Part shown: positions 1 to 14,272 of the stretch, one piece after another
How the letters are laid out: every line of letters begins with the position of its first letter
Position numbering within the stretch: the first letter of the stretch is position 1
Source of the DNA: Octopus sinensis
Taxonomy: Eukaryota
Length of the DNA: 64,000 nucleotides
NCBI RefSeq assembly: GCF_006345805.1
Contig: NC_042997.1
Location: 94,116,001 to 94,180,000 of the forward strand
Direction: 5' to 3'
Notes under the pieces: model-generated
The model's database searches: none
What the model was told of the DNA's origin: nothing
Seen by the model: only the letters and a program-made list of their open reading frames with translations
Translations under genes and position numbers: made by a program

Positions 1-43
1 AATTACGAGTAAAATCTTTGCTGAACCCTAATTATAATTATCT

Positions 44-87
<44 letters not shown>

Positions 88-276
88 CGACACACTTGGT
101 TGAAGGAATGACTGCCTAAAGTTTCGTTTGGCATTTCCTTTTGTTAACGTCTTTTAACAGCTGAAATTTTTTCAGATGCTCAGTTAGAATTTTACCAATT
201 TTGATTACCTTGATAATGTTGAGTTGACAAATTTCGTACATATTATTATCTATATATATTTATATGAACACATACA

Positions 277-312
<36 letters not shown>

Positions 313-419
313 TTTATATATATATATATGCATATGTTATTTCAATTGAAAGAATTATTGGATTTTTAATGCGTGATCTGAAATAAAGATATGATTTTCT
401 TCGTACATATTACTGATGT

Positions 420-481
<62 letters not shown>

Positions 482-1202
482 GCGTGGGTGTGTGTGTGTG
501 TGTGCGCGCGCGCGAGTGTGTGTATTCTAACAGCTGATCATTAGTTTATATATGCGTGAGATGGTAAAGTTATGGGGAATTATTTTCTTCCGCTCGGAGA
601 AAGGTAACTCCTAAATAATATTAACATAGGTGTATTAGTCCCTATTTTGTCAGTTATCGATCGCTTTCCCGCCTCACCTCGTACCTTACTTCCATCCCTG
701 CCTTCTGTCGTTCGTTTGTTCGTTTCCTTCTTCCTTTTCTTCCTTTTGTTTCTAATTTTTTCCATTTCTCACATTTTTTCTTTTTCATTCGTTTATCATG
801 ATCATCATCATCATTGTCATCACGACGACGGCCACCACCACCACTACCACCACCATCATCATCATCGTTTTCCCTCCTTTACCAACATCATCACTGTTTA
901 TCATTGCCAACATCGTCGTCGTCGTCGTCGTCCTCTTCTTCTTCTTCTTCTTCAAATCCTGCAGCTGCTGCTACATGTTTTAGGTTAAATTAAAACTAAT
1001 CAATTACTTCTCTGTAAATTGTTTGTGTTTCTGGAGATAATCGATCATTCATAAGTAATTTTTGGTGGTTGTTTACATACAACTCACCCCCGTTTTGATT
1101 GGTTATAAATTTGTGTAGGTGTTTTTCTGTGTTTAATTGGGCTGCGAATGTATGCAGTAGTCTTTTGCGCTTTTACCCTCTCCTTCCTTTCCCTCAGCAT
1201 AC

Positions 1203-1292
<90 letters not shown>

Positions 1293-1311
1293 GCATACAT
1301 ACAGTCATAAA

Positions 1312-1356
<45 letters not shown>

Positions 1357-1576
1357 GAAAAGAAAGAGAAAGGGAGACAAACAAATAAAGAGACAGTGAC
1401 ATGGAGTCTGATATACAACACGTACACACTTCCCGGGGTATTTTCTTTTATATTGTATGTTTTATTTTATGGTTAAGAATAACTTCATACATTATACATT
1501 ATCTTTTTTGGCAATCTTGTTCTCTATTTTCTCTCACACAACCCTTGTTATTGTCGTTATGCTTCCCTATATGTTT

Positions 1577-1618
<42 letters not shown>

Positions 1619-1637
1619 TACACACATGCACCTATTT

Positions 1638-1743
<106 letters not shown>

Positions 1744-3536
1744 CATATATATACACTGCGAGCACATAATGCGTGTATTCATACATAATACATAAATACA
1801 CAAGCGCACAGACGCGTTTATATTAATATCAATATTGATCGAGATCTTTATGCAGATATTCTACATTTGTTTCCCTGTTTGCTTTTTGCTTTGCAAAATA
1901 ATCCCTTTTCTCGTTTAATTATATAGAGCAAGCGTAAAAAAATCGTTTATGAAACTACAAAATGTGTATTTTTAATTTGTTTGCGTTCATTTGTGTATCA
2001 ATCAATGCGTGAACGCACGTAAAGGACGACGTTTTTCCAGTTCAGTGAAAGAAGGTTTTATGGTCTTTTTTCTTCTTTTTCGTGAAATGAATGAATTCCA
2101 ATAATCTAGAAAAAAATGCTTTGTTAAAATTCAACAATAATAGAATAAAAAAATCAACCATTAAAAAATACAACTATCTCCTGTAGGATTTACAAGAATA
2201 TGTAGAACGACAACTTACATATAAAACTGATTTCTTTTCATTGGCCAATTTTAAAAATACTGTAAGAGATGTTATCAACTGACACAACGCGAATGTATCA
2301 CTGATACTTGTTACGTTTTCCTTAATCAAGATTTATGAAACACTAAGTCAATATAGGTTGGACTTGAAATTAATGAATAGAAAAGTATGGAAAAGTATAG
2401 ATGTAATCTTGTGGTAACCTGCTCTGACTTTTACCAAGTAATTATTTACACTGCAATAGTTTAGGGAATATTTTTGCAGCCACAATACAGAAATTCTTAA
2501 ATCCTATATGACTTTTCAATCAGACTGTAGTAGTATTTATAGCATGCATGAAATATTTCGAGTGTCAGAAAGGAGAACCGAAAACTAAGGTGTAGTGGAA
2601 ATACAGAAATTATGAGTAATAAAAAGAGACAGTAATACAAGTCCATATAATTAAACTGTATATACCACATGTAAAGTCACCACCGACTTTACATTATAAG
2701 GAAGTTATACTTTTATTCCAACTCTATTACGTTAGTGCTCTCCTAAAACCCTAACTGAAGGGGAGGTCATTGCAGACAACATCTTCTGGTAGAAAAGCAA
2801 ATCAAATAACACACAAGGTCCATGCTAGCATCGCAACTAAACTTTCTTTAAATTTTACAAGAACTGCACACCAACAAATCCACATATTTCATGAAGCTAA
2901 GTAAAACATCACTTGTCCAGCTACCATTCTGTTGCACATAATTAAGTACCTCATCCACATTTTGTATATTTTCTTAACTCTTCCTTGATGATGTACTAAC
3001 CGCCATAACATCTCATTTTACAAATTTAATTATAGTCCAGTATAAACACCGTTACAAAAGACAGATGTTAATTCTGCAAAAAACTGAATAACATAACAGA
3101 AATAGCCAAACTAATAAATAAGGAAAAACTCAAATGCAATAAACGAATGCCACATACATTAAAAATAGAACCAGCTATAGAGACATTTAACGGTGGTTCT
3201 CTATCTACTAGATATAACACAGATATCACGCTCCAATCACACCCATTGTCATAAGAATGAACTCCACATTGTATGTGACAAATAAAGGATTGATCATGGT
3301 TGGGTGCATTTTGATCAGGATCCTATTTTTCCGGTTCAATAATTCTATTGGACTTTGCTTATCTATATGCTCGTGAGGCAGAATATATCCGTGGGAATTT
3401 TCTCAACCAGTTGCTATATCAAATAAACTTTATAAATCTTCTTCCTCCATCACTTCCACTTCATTATGGCCATCATCATTCTCATCGTTACAGTCGTCGC
3501 TGCCATCACCGCCGCCGCCGCCGCCACCACCATAAA

Positions 3537-3568
<32 letters not shown>

Positions 3569-3654
3569 CATGATGGCTGCGACGCGATTTCAAGCAATGC
3601 TGTCGCTTGGTTGCTCTCTAATATTTGAACAGTATAGATGTGGCAACGATGATC

Positions 3655-3907
3655 GTGTTTTGTTGCGGGCGTTCAGACAGTTTATCACCCATACTGACAC
3701 GTGCCTTCATTCCATTATCTAAATTTTTCATTGAATATTTTGCTTTTTTCGGTTGCAGCATATAAAGGTTTTTAAAATGAAGCGTTACCCGTTCCTGAGA
3801 TTTATTTTAAAGTAAAGGTCTTGCACAGAGCCGATCCAACTCGTTCAGTAACGTATGCATTTTCCCCCAAAGAACTACTAGTTTGCATCATTGGATGTAA
3901 AAAGTGT
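3655..3907 (-). mobile_element. Degenerate retroelement fragment, probably Penelope GIY-YIG region (copy 1 of 2)
   Basis: Highly similar to 18088-18343. Frameshifted minus-strand translation (ERVGSALCKT..FRxGxRFILKTFICCNRK..GMKARVS..EHPQ) loosely parallels the GIY-YIG region at 43800-44050 (CRRPNCGIC..FKEGQRFTVKSNFTCASEN..LRKRMALH). Confidence 0.45.
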
Positions 3908-5098
3908 CGCTGGTTTTACATTAGTTTTCTTTGTAATTGCGAGGGGTTTATACCAAAATTAAAGGGGTCTCAATTGCAGCTGTTAGCTGGCCGTTTTCTC
4001 TACTAAGTTCATCTACCCTTCGACAAGTTTTGTTAGTAGTTCTGCATGGTGTTCATCACCACCCTCTTACTAAGTAAGCTTGGTAGGAGTTGAGGTTTTA
4101 GTTACCTACGGCCCGATTATGCGACAAGTTGTATTGGGTTACATACTACCAGTAGCACTAAGAGTGACCCAGCATAGGTGTGCATACACAAATATACACA
4201 CACATGCATAGATAGATAAATAAATATTGATATATAGATGTATATACGTTTATACACACACACGGAGATACACATCCATCCATCCATCCATCCATACATA
4301 CATACATACATACATACATACATGTGTGTCTGCGCATTTTTATAATAGAAAATGAAACGTAATATTCCCGTTCTCTATTAGAGTGATTTTATAATTCAAT
4401 TTGGCAATGTAATTAAAATTAAAGCTTTTCTATAAAATTGCATATGCGAGTGCATTTACATGATGGCAGAATTATTCGTAAAAGTACATCTAAAAGTGCT
4501 CTGATACAGAAAGTAATAGAGTACAATCAATAAAAGCCAGCAGTAGCACATAAACATGAAAATGCGTCAATCAATCAGAATAATAACATATAGCAAATGA
4601 TATGGAATAATGTGCGTAAATTATAGTAGAAAAAATATAAATATACCGTTAACATATGGATAACTACCAAAGCTCGTTTATAAAACAACGATCACAACAA
4701 ATTTCAAATGTTATGATGCTAGTTCAAATATACGAAGAACCTTTCCAAAAGGACAGTATATAGCTTGTGAATGGATTAACTAGTGTGTAAATGATTATGG
4801 CAACCAATTATAGAAAAAAATCAATTTGAGTACATTTTTATAGCCATTTCGATAATTAGAAGTTAGTTTCTTTGATATGTTATATCTAAGTGCTTATATA
4901 ATTTGTGGATGTTGATATAGAAAGAGAGAACGAGGTTATATGCTCCCATACAGATACATGCGAATATACATGCATAGATATACGCGCACGCACACACACA
5001 CACATACATAAAGAGGTTGAGACCATTATTTAATATAACGATCATATCAAGTGGCCAGCATGGAAAAAACCGTATAGGTGATAATTATTATAGATATA

Positions 5099-5299
5099 GG
5101 CGTAGAAGTGGCTGTGTGGTAAGCAGTTTGTTTATCAACCACATGGTTCCGGGTTCAGTCCCACTGCGTGGCAACTTGGGCAAGTGTCTTCTACTATAAC
5201 CTCGGGTCGACCAAAGCCTTGTGAGTAGATTTGGTAGACGGAAATTGAAAGATGCCCGTCGTATATATGTATGTACATATATATATATGCATGTGTGTG

Positions 5300-5338
<39 letters not shown>

Positions 5339-5553
5339 TTGTGTGTCTGTGTTTGCCCCCCCAACATCGCTTGACAACCGATGCTGGTGTGTTTACGTCA
5401 CCATAACTTAGCGGTTCGGCAAAAGAGACCGGTAGAACAAGTACTAATTTACAAAGAATAAGTCTTGGGGTCGATTTGCTCGACTAAAGGCGGTGCTCCA
5501 GCATGGCCACAGTCAAATGACTGAAACAAGTAAAAGAGTAAAAAAGTAAAAGT
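5099..5553 (+). mobile_element. Full-length tRNA-derived Octopus-type SINE (family A)
   Basis: A-box-like TGGCTGTGTGG, B-box-like GGTTCAGTCCC, body cttgggcaagtgtc...ggtagacggaaa, internal (TG)n, tail gctccagcatggccacagtcaaatgactgaaacaagtaaaaga. Many copies in window. Confidence 0.9.
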
Positions 5554-5880
5554 ATATATAATAATGTAAATGTAATTATAATTGAGGGTAATTATTTTAT
5601 ATCTATAATAATTATTACCTGTACGGTTTTTTCCATGCTGGCCACTTGATATAATCGTTCTTTTAAATAATGGTCTTATCCTTTATATGTATAAATAAAT
5701 ATTCGCTCCGCATCGTCATATTCACTGTGGTGATATTTTGACCATACATCACATGGTGTGAGGCGGACAAATGAATTAGTCTGGTATATAAATGCGTATA
5801 CACGTATGTACCCGTGCGTATATTTAAGAAATCGTATGTTGTATATGTATGCATTGGTAATTATGCTCTAATCTCTGTAT

Positions 5881-5936
5881 ATTTCCGCCGATGAAGGCAA
5901 AGTATTTTATTAAACCAGAAATCGCCAAGCTGAAGT
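5881..5936 (+). ncRNA. Degenerate hammerhead ribozyme
   Basis: atttccg-CCGATGA-agg..cc-a-GAAA..ctgaagt; stem III and UH triplet decayed; resembles the HHR at 42800-42860. Confidence 0.4.
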
Positions 5937-7946
5937 TAAACATTATTTTACTTTTGCTAATTTCTTCGTTCATTTGCCTTTTCACCTGTTCTGTATGAAT
6001 ACATGACGTCGTTTTAGAGTCAGTTTTGACCGCTATTTCTGGCCGGTTGGTGCCTCATCGATACTCTTAATTATATATATATATATATACGTGTGTATTT
6101 GTGAATGTATATGTATAATAAATATAAACACATATATACGCATATATGTATATACCAATATCTCTAATCATCTATACTTATAATTAATGCATGTAAACAG
6201 GCTTATGAGATATGATTAAAGGACTGGTGGGGAAGTGTTTTTCTATTAATTTAACTTGTACACCAAATTGTATTACCTCTTCTTTGCAATTCCACATGGA
6301 CCCGAATTTGGAGAATATTGCTGATTTCATCTAAAAATACACTAAATTTTATTAGGATCTACTTCAAAATATTTTCCACTTTCCTCTTCTTTTCGTTTTC
6401 TTACTTTCCTCTTCTTTTAGTTTTCTTCTATCGAACTAGAATTTTTTTAACCTTCTCATCCATTCAAATACTCTGTCAAACTATTTTAAATTCACACGTC
6501 AAAACTTTTATTATGAAAGGCTTAGCCCCTTTTCCTTTATTCGCAAGTTATCTCGCCTTAACCAGTTTAGCTACTTGGATGTTCATAATGCAAGAAACAA
6601 ATGTAAAGCGAAATTCATTCTTACAACCAAAACACATCCTTTAAGATTTGTATTATTTTAAAAAGTAAAATCATCCACAATAAATACATCAACATCAACA
6701 GACAAAAGAATACACAGTACTTATGCATCCATTACATGTAACAATTTGAGTTAGAAAGTTTACAATTTTAATATTTACATTAGTATTTTTATTTTACATT
6801 TATTGTCTGTAACATGCCCCCAGACTTCTAAGCTTTGATTAGTTGTGGTGCTTTTGCTCATTGATCTTGTTGGTTAGCTATAATAAATGTTGTGTTCTGA
6901 TTTGCAAGCGTTTTCATGAAGTGACACTGCTGCTAGGGTACATTTGGTTCATATATTACACTATATGTATATAGTGTCTTCATAATGGAACCAAATGGTT
7001 CTACAACTTTTCAACTAACGTTCAAGTATTCGCTATTAATCAATACCTGTTTCATTCGTATGATTTGCTTAGTGAGCGTGATGCTTGTTCGTTAAAATTT
7101 CACTTCTTTAGTAAAAGTGTTATTTGTACGAGAAAATTTTAAGGCATGTCTCACTGCAACATTAAACAATATAGAATATGGGAAAAAATACTGTAGAATA
7201 ATTTTAGTAGAGAATGCGATCATCCTACAGTAAATTCTGTAACACTAGCAGTTTATTTATGGAAGATTTATTAGCAGCAATACGGTAAGCGAATTCCACA
7301 AGTATATGCAGCACTTGTTTAATAAATAATAATTGTAGCCTAGAATGGAAAGCTTTACAATTCTAGATAGGGCTTAGATGATTTCACCAGTTACTATATC
7401 ATTTATATAATCCCTTGCTTGCCGGCTATTGAAAATAATAGCACCTCATTCAGAATATGTTACTGTGAAGGTCATGAAATATCAATATATCTGGGAACGT
7501 TATTGTGCGGTTTCTAAATATAAAGTACTAACAAGCAAATCTGAGAAATCAATTATATGAAAAGATTAACCTCCAACATAGCAGTATCTTTCATATAAAC
7601 CGTTTGAAAGAAAAAAGTTCTCTAACTATATAAATAATTATATAAATGCACACATACGCATCTACACTTATTGCAGATAGGAGACATACTGATATTTCAT
7701 GGTAAATATTACAACCGGTTGAAAAACAAGATGTTTCTCTTTGAACAATATATTCAAAATAAATGGATGTACTTGGAGCTATAAAAACATGAGTATGAGA
7801 ATGAAGTAGCAGAACGGATTGGAGGATTTCACATTTTGAAATATCTCATTCAAAAAACGTATATAACGCGCTAAAACAAATATACATACATACATACATA
7901 CATGCATACATACATACAAACATACATACATACGTACGTACGTACG

Positions 7947-8020
<74 letters not shown>

Positions 8021-8060
8021 GTATGAATGTATATACAAATACATACAGCGCACGCACGTA

Positions 8061-9137
8061 CCAGGTTGAGTGAAAAGATTTTTCGTATTTCAAACTTTAA
8101 TTAATAGTTCAAATAAATTACACACAAAAAGTGATTATTTATTAACATATATCTCATTATATTCTATTGTCTCTTGCCGCTGTTGTGCCAAAAGCTTAAT
8201 TCCACGCCTATACCATTTAGCTGGATTACAAGGGTACAAAAAAACTACTCGTTTTCAATCTCATCCAAATTGTTGGTCCTCCGTCTGCGCAGAAAATGAG
8301 ATATAGCTCGGAAAGATAATAATCTGATGGTGCAGGGTCATGCAGCACTTTTAGCCCCTCAAATTCCTCAAGTTTACGCGCGGTCACATTGACATTGTGC
8401 GCTGAGATATTGTCATGTAGGAGTGCGCGTCTTCGATTTACCAATGTCGGGTAGCAGGCTTTCAAAACGTTATATACTTGTTGCAGTCGTTGAACATAAA
8501 AGTTAGCGTTCGCAGCATGACCATCTGAGACAAGCTCCAAATGCAACACATCGAAATTCCACGAAACACACTACATGACCTTTTATTTAAACCACCCTTG
8601 TTTAACAAAAGTTTCAGAAGCCTGGTGAGAGGGAAGCTGCTGATTTTACTTATTAAGATTACGAATATAGATCCATTTTTCATCCTCAGAAACAAGTCGA
8701 CGCCCAGAAAAAGTATCTCCAGTGTTCGACAGCAAATGTTTACAAATCGAGGGCTCATCTTCCATAACAAAAGGTCTCCCTGACTCCTGGTGGTGTGTCT
8801 TCGAAACTGGTGTTACTTTCCAAGAAATCTCTGAGCCAGCTTTGAACCATACGTTCGTCGACAGTTCCTGGTCCTTCCACATCATTAATATCTGTTGCTG
8901 CAGTCTTTTTCTCCACAACTAGAGTTAAATCGCTCTTATTGCAGTTTTTCACCACGTATTATCAAATTCGTAAAATAAAGAATAAGCAATTAATGTTTTC
9001 TAAGCTATATATAAAAAGAAATAATAAACAATCCAGCAACGATTGGCTAGCAAGTTGTATCAAATTAATGATATAACATGGTGATGCAAATTGCCAAAAT
9101 CACAGTGAAGATCGAAAAAAACTTTGACTGAACCTGG
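8061..9137 (-). mobile_element. Mariner (DD34D) transposon, defective transposase
   Basis: Imperfect TIRs CCAGGTTGAGTGAAAAG / CTTTGACTGAACCTGG flanked by TA. Minus-strand motifs VSEDEKWI, LLHDNISAH, PAPSDYYL; frameshifts. Confidence 0.92.
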
Positions 9138-9398
9138 TACATATACATATACAAGAAAGTATGCTGTTCTTCAAACTAATAGAATAATAAAGTTAAAAAA
9201 TGGTTGAAATTACACTTGAAGTTTAAAAAAAGATGTACCTTTATTTAACCGTTTTCACAAGTTAGAAATTCTCAAAAGTAGTGTTTGATGGAAGAACCTA
9301 GAGTAGTGCTGTATAAAGCATACATTCATACATTACACATATACATAAACACGCTCGTATATAAAGAGAAACAGCAAAAACCAACATACTATATAGAC

Positions 9399-9442
<44 letters not shown>

Positions 9443-10355
9443 CACACACACACACACACACATACACACATACACACTCAAATATACACGTTCACTCGGA
9501 GAAAGAGACAAGTTGAGAGAGATGCCAAATTTAAGGAATACAGAAAGAAACCGTTATGCTAGAAGATATTACGGGGAGAATTTTGGAGGGATTAGTAGCA
9601 AATAGAAAAACTCATGTAATATCACCTTTCTCTCTGTAAACCCTACGTTATAGTATAGTTTATGATAATCTACATAGAAAACACTGAATATTTACGAAAA
9701 CACTAACAAGAAACGAAAGGTAGGATATGACAGTTGCTATATTCAGACATTTATTGGTTCTGCTTAATTTTAAACATCAAAATAATGATAGATCAATATG
9801 CCTATACCAAATTTTATGAGGATTAATCAATCCGGACTAATAAAATTATTGCAAATAGATATGATATTGAAAACAATAGAAAATAATCAATGATTTATTC
9901 CTGCTAGAACAAGGAATTTAAATATATCAGTCTATCGACCTTGCAATTATTTATTACATTGATTTTCTGTAAATCCAAAAGTAATCGTCGGGAAATACGG
10001 GTTTTGTTTTTATACATGCTTTAGAAAATAACAAAGTGAAATCCATTATTCATATTTTTCGATTCACATAGTGGGTGGACATTTTACCTGAATATTGCAA
10101 GATAACGAAATTGTTCTGTTTGTGCTTTACTTCGCGTTCGCATGGGAAAAAAAAAAACTGGAATGTTTTTAAAGAATAGAAAATTATCGTTGATGAACCA
10201 TTTTGTCTATTAGACGTCGAAAATATCATAAGTAACACTGGTATGTGTATGCATGTATCTATATACATACATATATATATTATATATAGATATATATTAT
10301 ATATATATATATAATATATAATATATATATATATATTTATTATATATATATAATA

Positions 10356-10404
<49 letters not shown>

Positions 10405-10405
10405 A

Positions 10406-11260
10406 TTGAGCTGATGCATTTTTGGAAGAAATTCCTCACTAAAGCAACCATACCTCTTCCTTCAGGGGAACCGCTCACAGCCTCTAAAATATCAGAGACC
10501 TGGGTGTAATTGTTGATGACGATCTCAGTTGGAGCGCACACATCAACAAGAAGGTCGATACAGCTCGTAGGATGAGTTTCTGGATCTAAGAACTTTCCGG
10601 TCCAGAGAACAAGGTGTCATCATACCACTTTTTTCATCCTTTGTACGGCCACACCTTGAATACTGCTGCCCACTGTGGTCTCCTCACACAAGACAAAACA
10701 TCTCCAGAATTGAGTCACCCCAGAGGGCTCTCACTAAACAAATTGAAGGCATGGCTGCTCTCGACTATTAGGATCGCCTTAAAGCCTTGAAACTTTACTC
10801 CCTCCAGCGTCGCCGTGAGCGGTACATCATTTGTACGATGTGGAAAATATACCGCCAACTTTGCCCAAACGACCTAAACTTAGCTTCAAGGTTCATCCGA
10901 GACTTGGACCACGGGCTATACGTCCCCTGCCAAATTCAAGATCACAACATACATGTACACTGCAACATAATTTCTTTTCCTCAACAGGCCCTGCCCTATT
11001 TAACATTGTCCCGAGGAGATCAAGAGGAAAAGGATCCCATCAACTTCAAACAGAGTCTGGATAGATTCCTTCAAGAATACCAGACAAGCCACCCATAATT
11101 GGATACAACTCACCCAACAAGAACTCACTACTTGAACAAACTGGATACAACTCACCCAACAAGAACTCACTACTTGAACAAAACTTGACTTAAACAGGAT
11201 TCGAATAATCCTATCAGGTGGTGCTATTAAGTTAGACATGGCCTGGACCAATCTCTGTTT
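10406..11260 (+). mobile_element. 5'-truncated CR1-group LINE (RT C-terminus + 3'UTR)
   Basis: Translation RDLGVIVDDDLSWSAHI..FVRPHLEYCCPLWSP..RLKALKLYSLQRRRERY with stops and frameshifts; inserted in (TA)n. Confidence 0.88.
11100..11182 (+). repeat. 42-bp tandem duplication in LINE 3' region
   Basis: tggatacaactcacccaacaagaactcactacttgaacaaa occurs twice in tandem. Confidence 0.9.
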
Positions 11261-11294
11261 TATATATTTATATATAAATCTCTGTTTTATATAT

Positions 11295-11326
<32 letters not shown>

Positions 11327-11345
11327 TATATTTATATATATATTT

Positions 11346-11415
<70 letters not shown>

Positions 11416-11497
11416 GGTCCCGGGTTGATTCGGGGTTACCACAGTAAATAAGGTACTCAATACATAGTAGAGTAAAATTAATTTATTATATAGAAGG

Positions 11498-11547
11498 AGC
11501 TTCTACAGGACTAGAACTGTTTCATTCAGAGAAATCTTCAGGAAGCT
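11498..11547 (-). ncRNA. Type I hammerhead ribozyme
   Basis: Reverse complement: AGCTTC-CTGAAGA-t-TTC-tct-GAA-t-GAAA-CAG-ttctagtc-CTG-TA-GAAGCT; 6-bp stem I, canonical core, GUA cleavage triplet. Confidence 0.8.
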
Positions 11548-11734
11548 AGTTAACAAGAATTGTATTGGCATTTATACATTTAGGCATGTTTAAAGGGGTG
11601 TTGGTGGGGACTTTTTGGGGGTAGGCATAGCGCAAAATATCATACTTGGGGGAGTGGTCAATGAGTCAGCGTTAAATTATATATAATAAATAATAAAAAA
11701 ATAAAAAAATAAAAAATAAAAAATATATAAAAAA

Positions 11735-11777
<43 letters not shown>

Positions 11778-12176
11778 GGGAATAGAGTTTTAGGTAAATA
11801 AGAAGATTCTCACTTATACCTATGCACATATGTATACATATATACACACACACACAAACGTACATACATATACATACACACATACGTACACACACACATA
11901 TATACATATATATACACTTACACATACATATCCATATCTACACATACACATATATGTATACATACACACACTCACATGCATACACGTATACACACATGTA
12001 TATATACACACACGACCACACATACATATACACACAGAAAAATATATATACACATACACACACATACTCACATACACGCATACACACACATATCCACACA
12101 CACACATGCACACACAGCACACTAGTCCCTATATACACATATATACACATACACACACATATACACACACATACAT

Positions 12177-12222
<46 letters not shown>

Positions 12223-13342
12223 GTGTACTATGCATACCTACACATACACACATATATATACACATACAAATACACCCCATCCCTAATTTTAATTTTATTA
12301 TCTTCATTTATTACTTTTGTTATCTTTGATCGCTGGTCACAAACATCTTGGCTATGACAGCCAGTCCATTTATCTGTCTACTGGAAAACAAGCACTCATT
12401 TACTCACGCTCACTCTTTAGCACGTACACTCACTCATTCGTACACTCATACACATACACACGCACGCACGCGTTATATTCATACATACATACATCTACAT
12501 ACATTCACGTATATACACATACGTACGCGTACCTACAGATTCATGTCATGTCTACACTCTTATAAGGCTAGTCTATACATATACACCAATAAACATATAT
12601 ACATATAAACATATATACATACATATATATACATATATATATACTATATACATACATATATATATATACATATACACACATACACATAAACATACATATA
12701 CACACATACACATACATACGTATACATACATACATACATCCATACATCCATACATACATACATTATACACATACACACACCCACACGTATACATATACGT
12801 ACATATATATACGCGCATGCATACACATACAAATACATACACATACGCATATACATATACATACATACACATACACACACACCACACACCACATATATAT
12901 ATATATATAATATAATATATTATATATATATATATATTATATATATATTATATATCATAACATATATATATACATACACACACATACATATACATACATA
13001 CATATACAAATATACGCACACACATACATATATACTCATATACACTACACGCACATACACATGTACATCGTACCCATACACACACACACACACACGCGCG
13101 CATCCATAAATACACATAAGTACACACATGCGTAAAAGTATACATATATCTATGCTTACACATACACACACACACTTGCCTCCTTATATTCATACTTACA
13201 TGCATACTCAAAAAATAAGTAAATAATAAAAAATATATACGCGCAGTTATTCATACATGCATACTCAAAAAATAAATAATAAATATTAAGTATATGTACG
13301 TGCAGTTACCTATTATATAGACGGATACAAACATATAAACTT

Positions 13343-13384
<42 letters not shown>

Positions 13385-13385
<1 letters not shown>

Positions 13386-14272
13386 TATATAGAGGGCATA
13401 ATTATACATACATGCCAGGAGGCATTATATAACCTGCCAAACGCTAAGAGGGACAATCAGTCATTTCTACCAAAAGATTACTAATCCCACCGATGATTAC
13501 GTAAGTATGAAATCACTGTGATCAGGCCTATATATTTTTAATGTCTTACTTTGAAAAATTGCATTCGGTGGGGATAGTAATATTTTTGGTAAAATGACTG
13601 ATTGTCCCTCTTAGCGTTTGGCAGGTATATAGACTGCCTCCTGGCATGTATGTATAATATGCCCTCTATATAAATTAATATGTTCAATAGAAATAATTAT
13701 TTTCGAAATTTTTTCTCTTATGGGTTTTTACGCTATCTACCTGACAATTTCTTGTTAAGTTTTCCTTATTAAGTAGTTGTCCTAATTGCAAAATTTTTAT
13801 TCCGAAAAACTTTTCCTCTCCCGAAATGCAATTTTGTAAAAGTTTGCCATTCACCCGGATGTATAATATGACACTCACCCATGTGCTTCGTTGATGTTGA
13901 TCAGTTAGCTGTTCGGCTTAAGCGAGCAGGGTCGTTGTTTATTTATAATACATTCAGGCCTGCTGATGATTACGTAAGTATGAAATCACTGTGATACGGC
14001 CTATATATTTTAAATGTCTTACTTTGAAAAATTGCATTCGGTGGGATTAGTAATATTTTTGGTAGATCTGATTGTCCCTCTTAGCGTTTGGCAGGTATAT
14101 ATAATGCCTCCTGGCATGTATGTATAATTGATGCCCTCTATATATAAATTAATATGTTCAATAAGAAATAATTATTTTCGAAATTTTTTCTCTTATGAGG
14201 TTTTTACGCGCTATCTACCTGACAATTTCTTGTTAAGTTTTCCTTATTAAGTAGTTGTCCTTAATTGCAAAA
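13385..14272 (+). mobile_element. Non-autonomous Penelope-like/retrozyme-like element: inverted partial pLTR + two direct pLTRs
   Basis: 13385-13493 is inverted vs 13565-13673; 13492-13793 is a direct repeat of 13965-14272; HHR in the repeat; (TA)n flanks. Confidence 0.75.
13956..14002 (+). ncRNA. Minimal type I hammerhead ribozyme
   Basis: AGGCCTG-CTGATGA-t-TAC-GTAA-GTA-t-GAAA-TCAC-t-GTGA-TA-C(A)GGCCT; near-palindromic stem III. The upstream copy 13490-13529 has CAGGCCT but lacks the 5' strand of stem I. Confidence 0.8.

Larger units (their letters stand above)
5020..6010 (+). mobile_element. Penelope-like non-autonomous pLTR remnant; inverted repeat (5020-5098 vs 5599-5676) interrupted by SINE
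   Basis: About 80-bp inverted pair containing atgctggccac; degenerate HHR at 5881-5936; similar to the 42590-42905 element. Confidence 0.55.

Noticed and set aside
100-185. Possible minus-strand hammerhead (CTGAAAA..GAAACTTTA)
   Set aside because: C3-A8 mismatch, and stems I and III cannot be formed convincingly.
1100-1125. aatttgtgtagg resembling the miR-10 3' end
   Set aside because: No ACCCTGT seed and no precursor hairpin.
3940-4190. Repeat-like block, possibly an RTE LINE 5'UTR with an HDV-like ribozyme
   Set aside because: Could not build the nested double pseudoknot by eye; no adjacent ORF.
5099-5170. tRNA gene
   Set aside because: A/B boxes belong to a SINE head; no cloverleaf; continues into the SINE body.
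6250-6700. 108-aa ORF or lysine-rich minus-strand frame
   Set aside because: No recognisable motif and multiple stops; at most a decayed transposon.
8226-8955. SETMAR host gene
   Set aside because: Only a mariner transposase between TIRs; no SET domain; the frame is disrupted.
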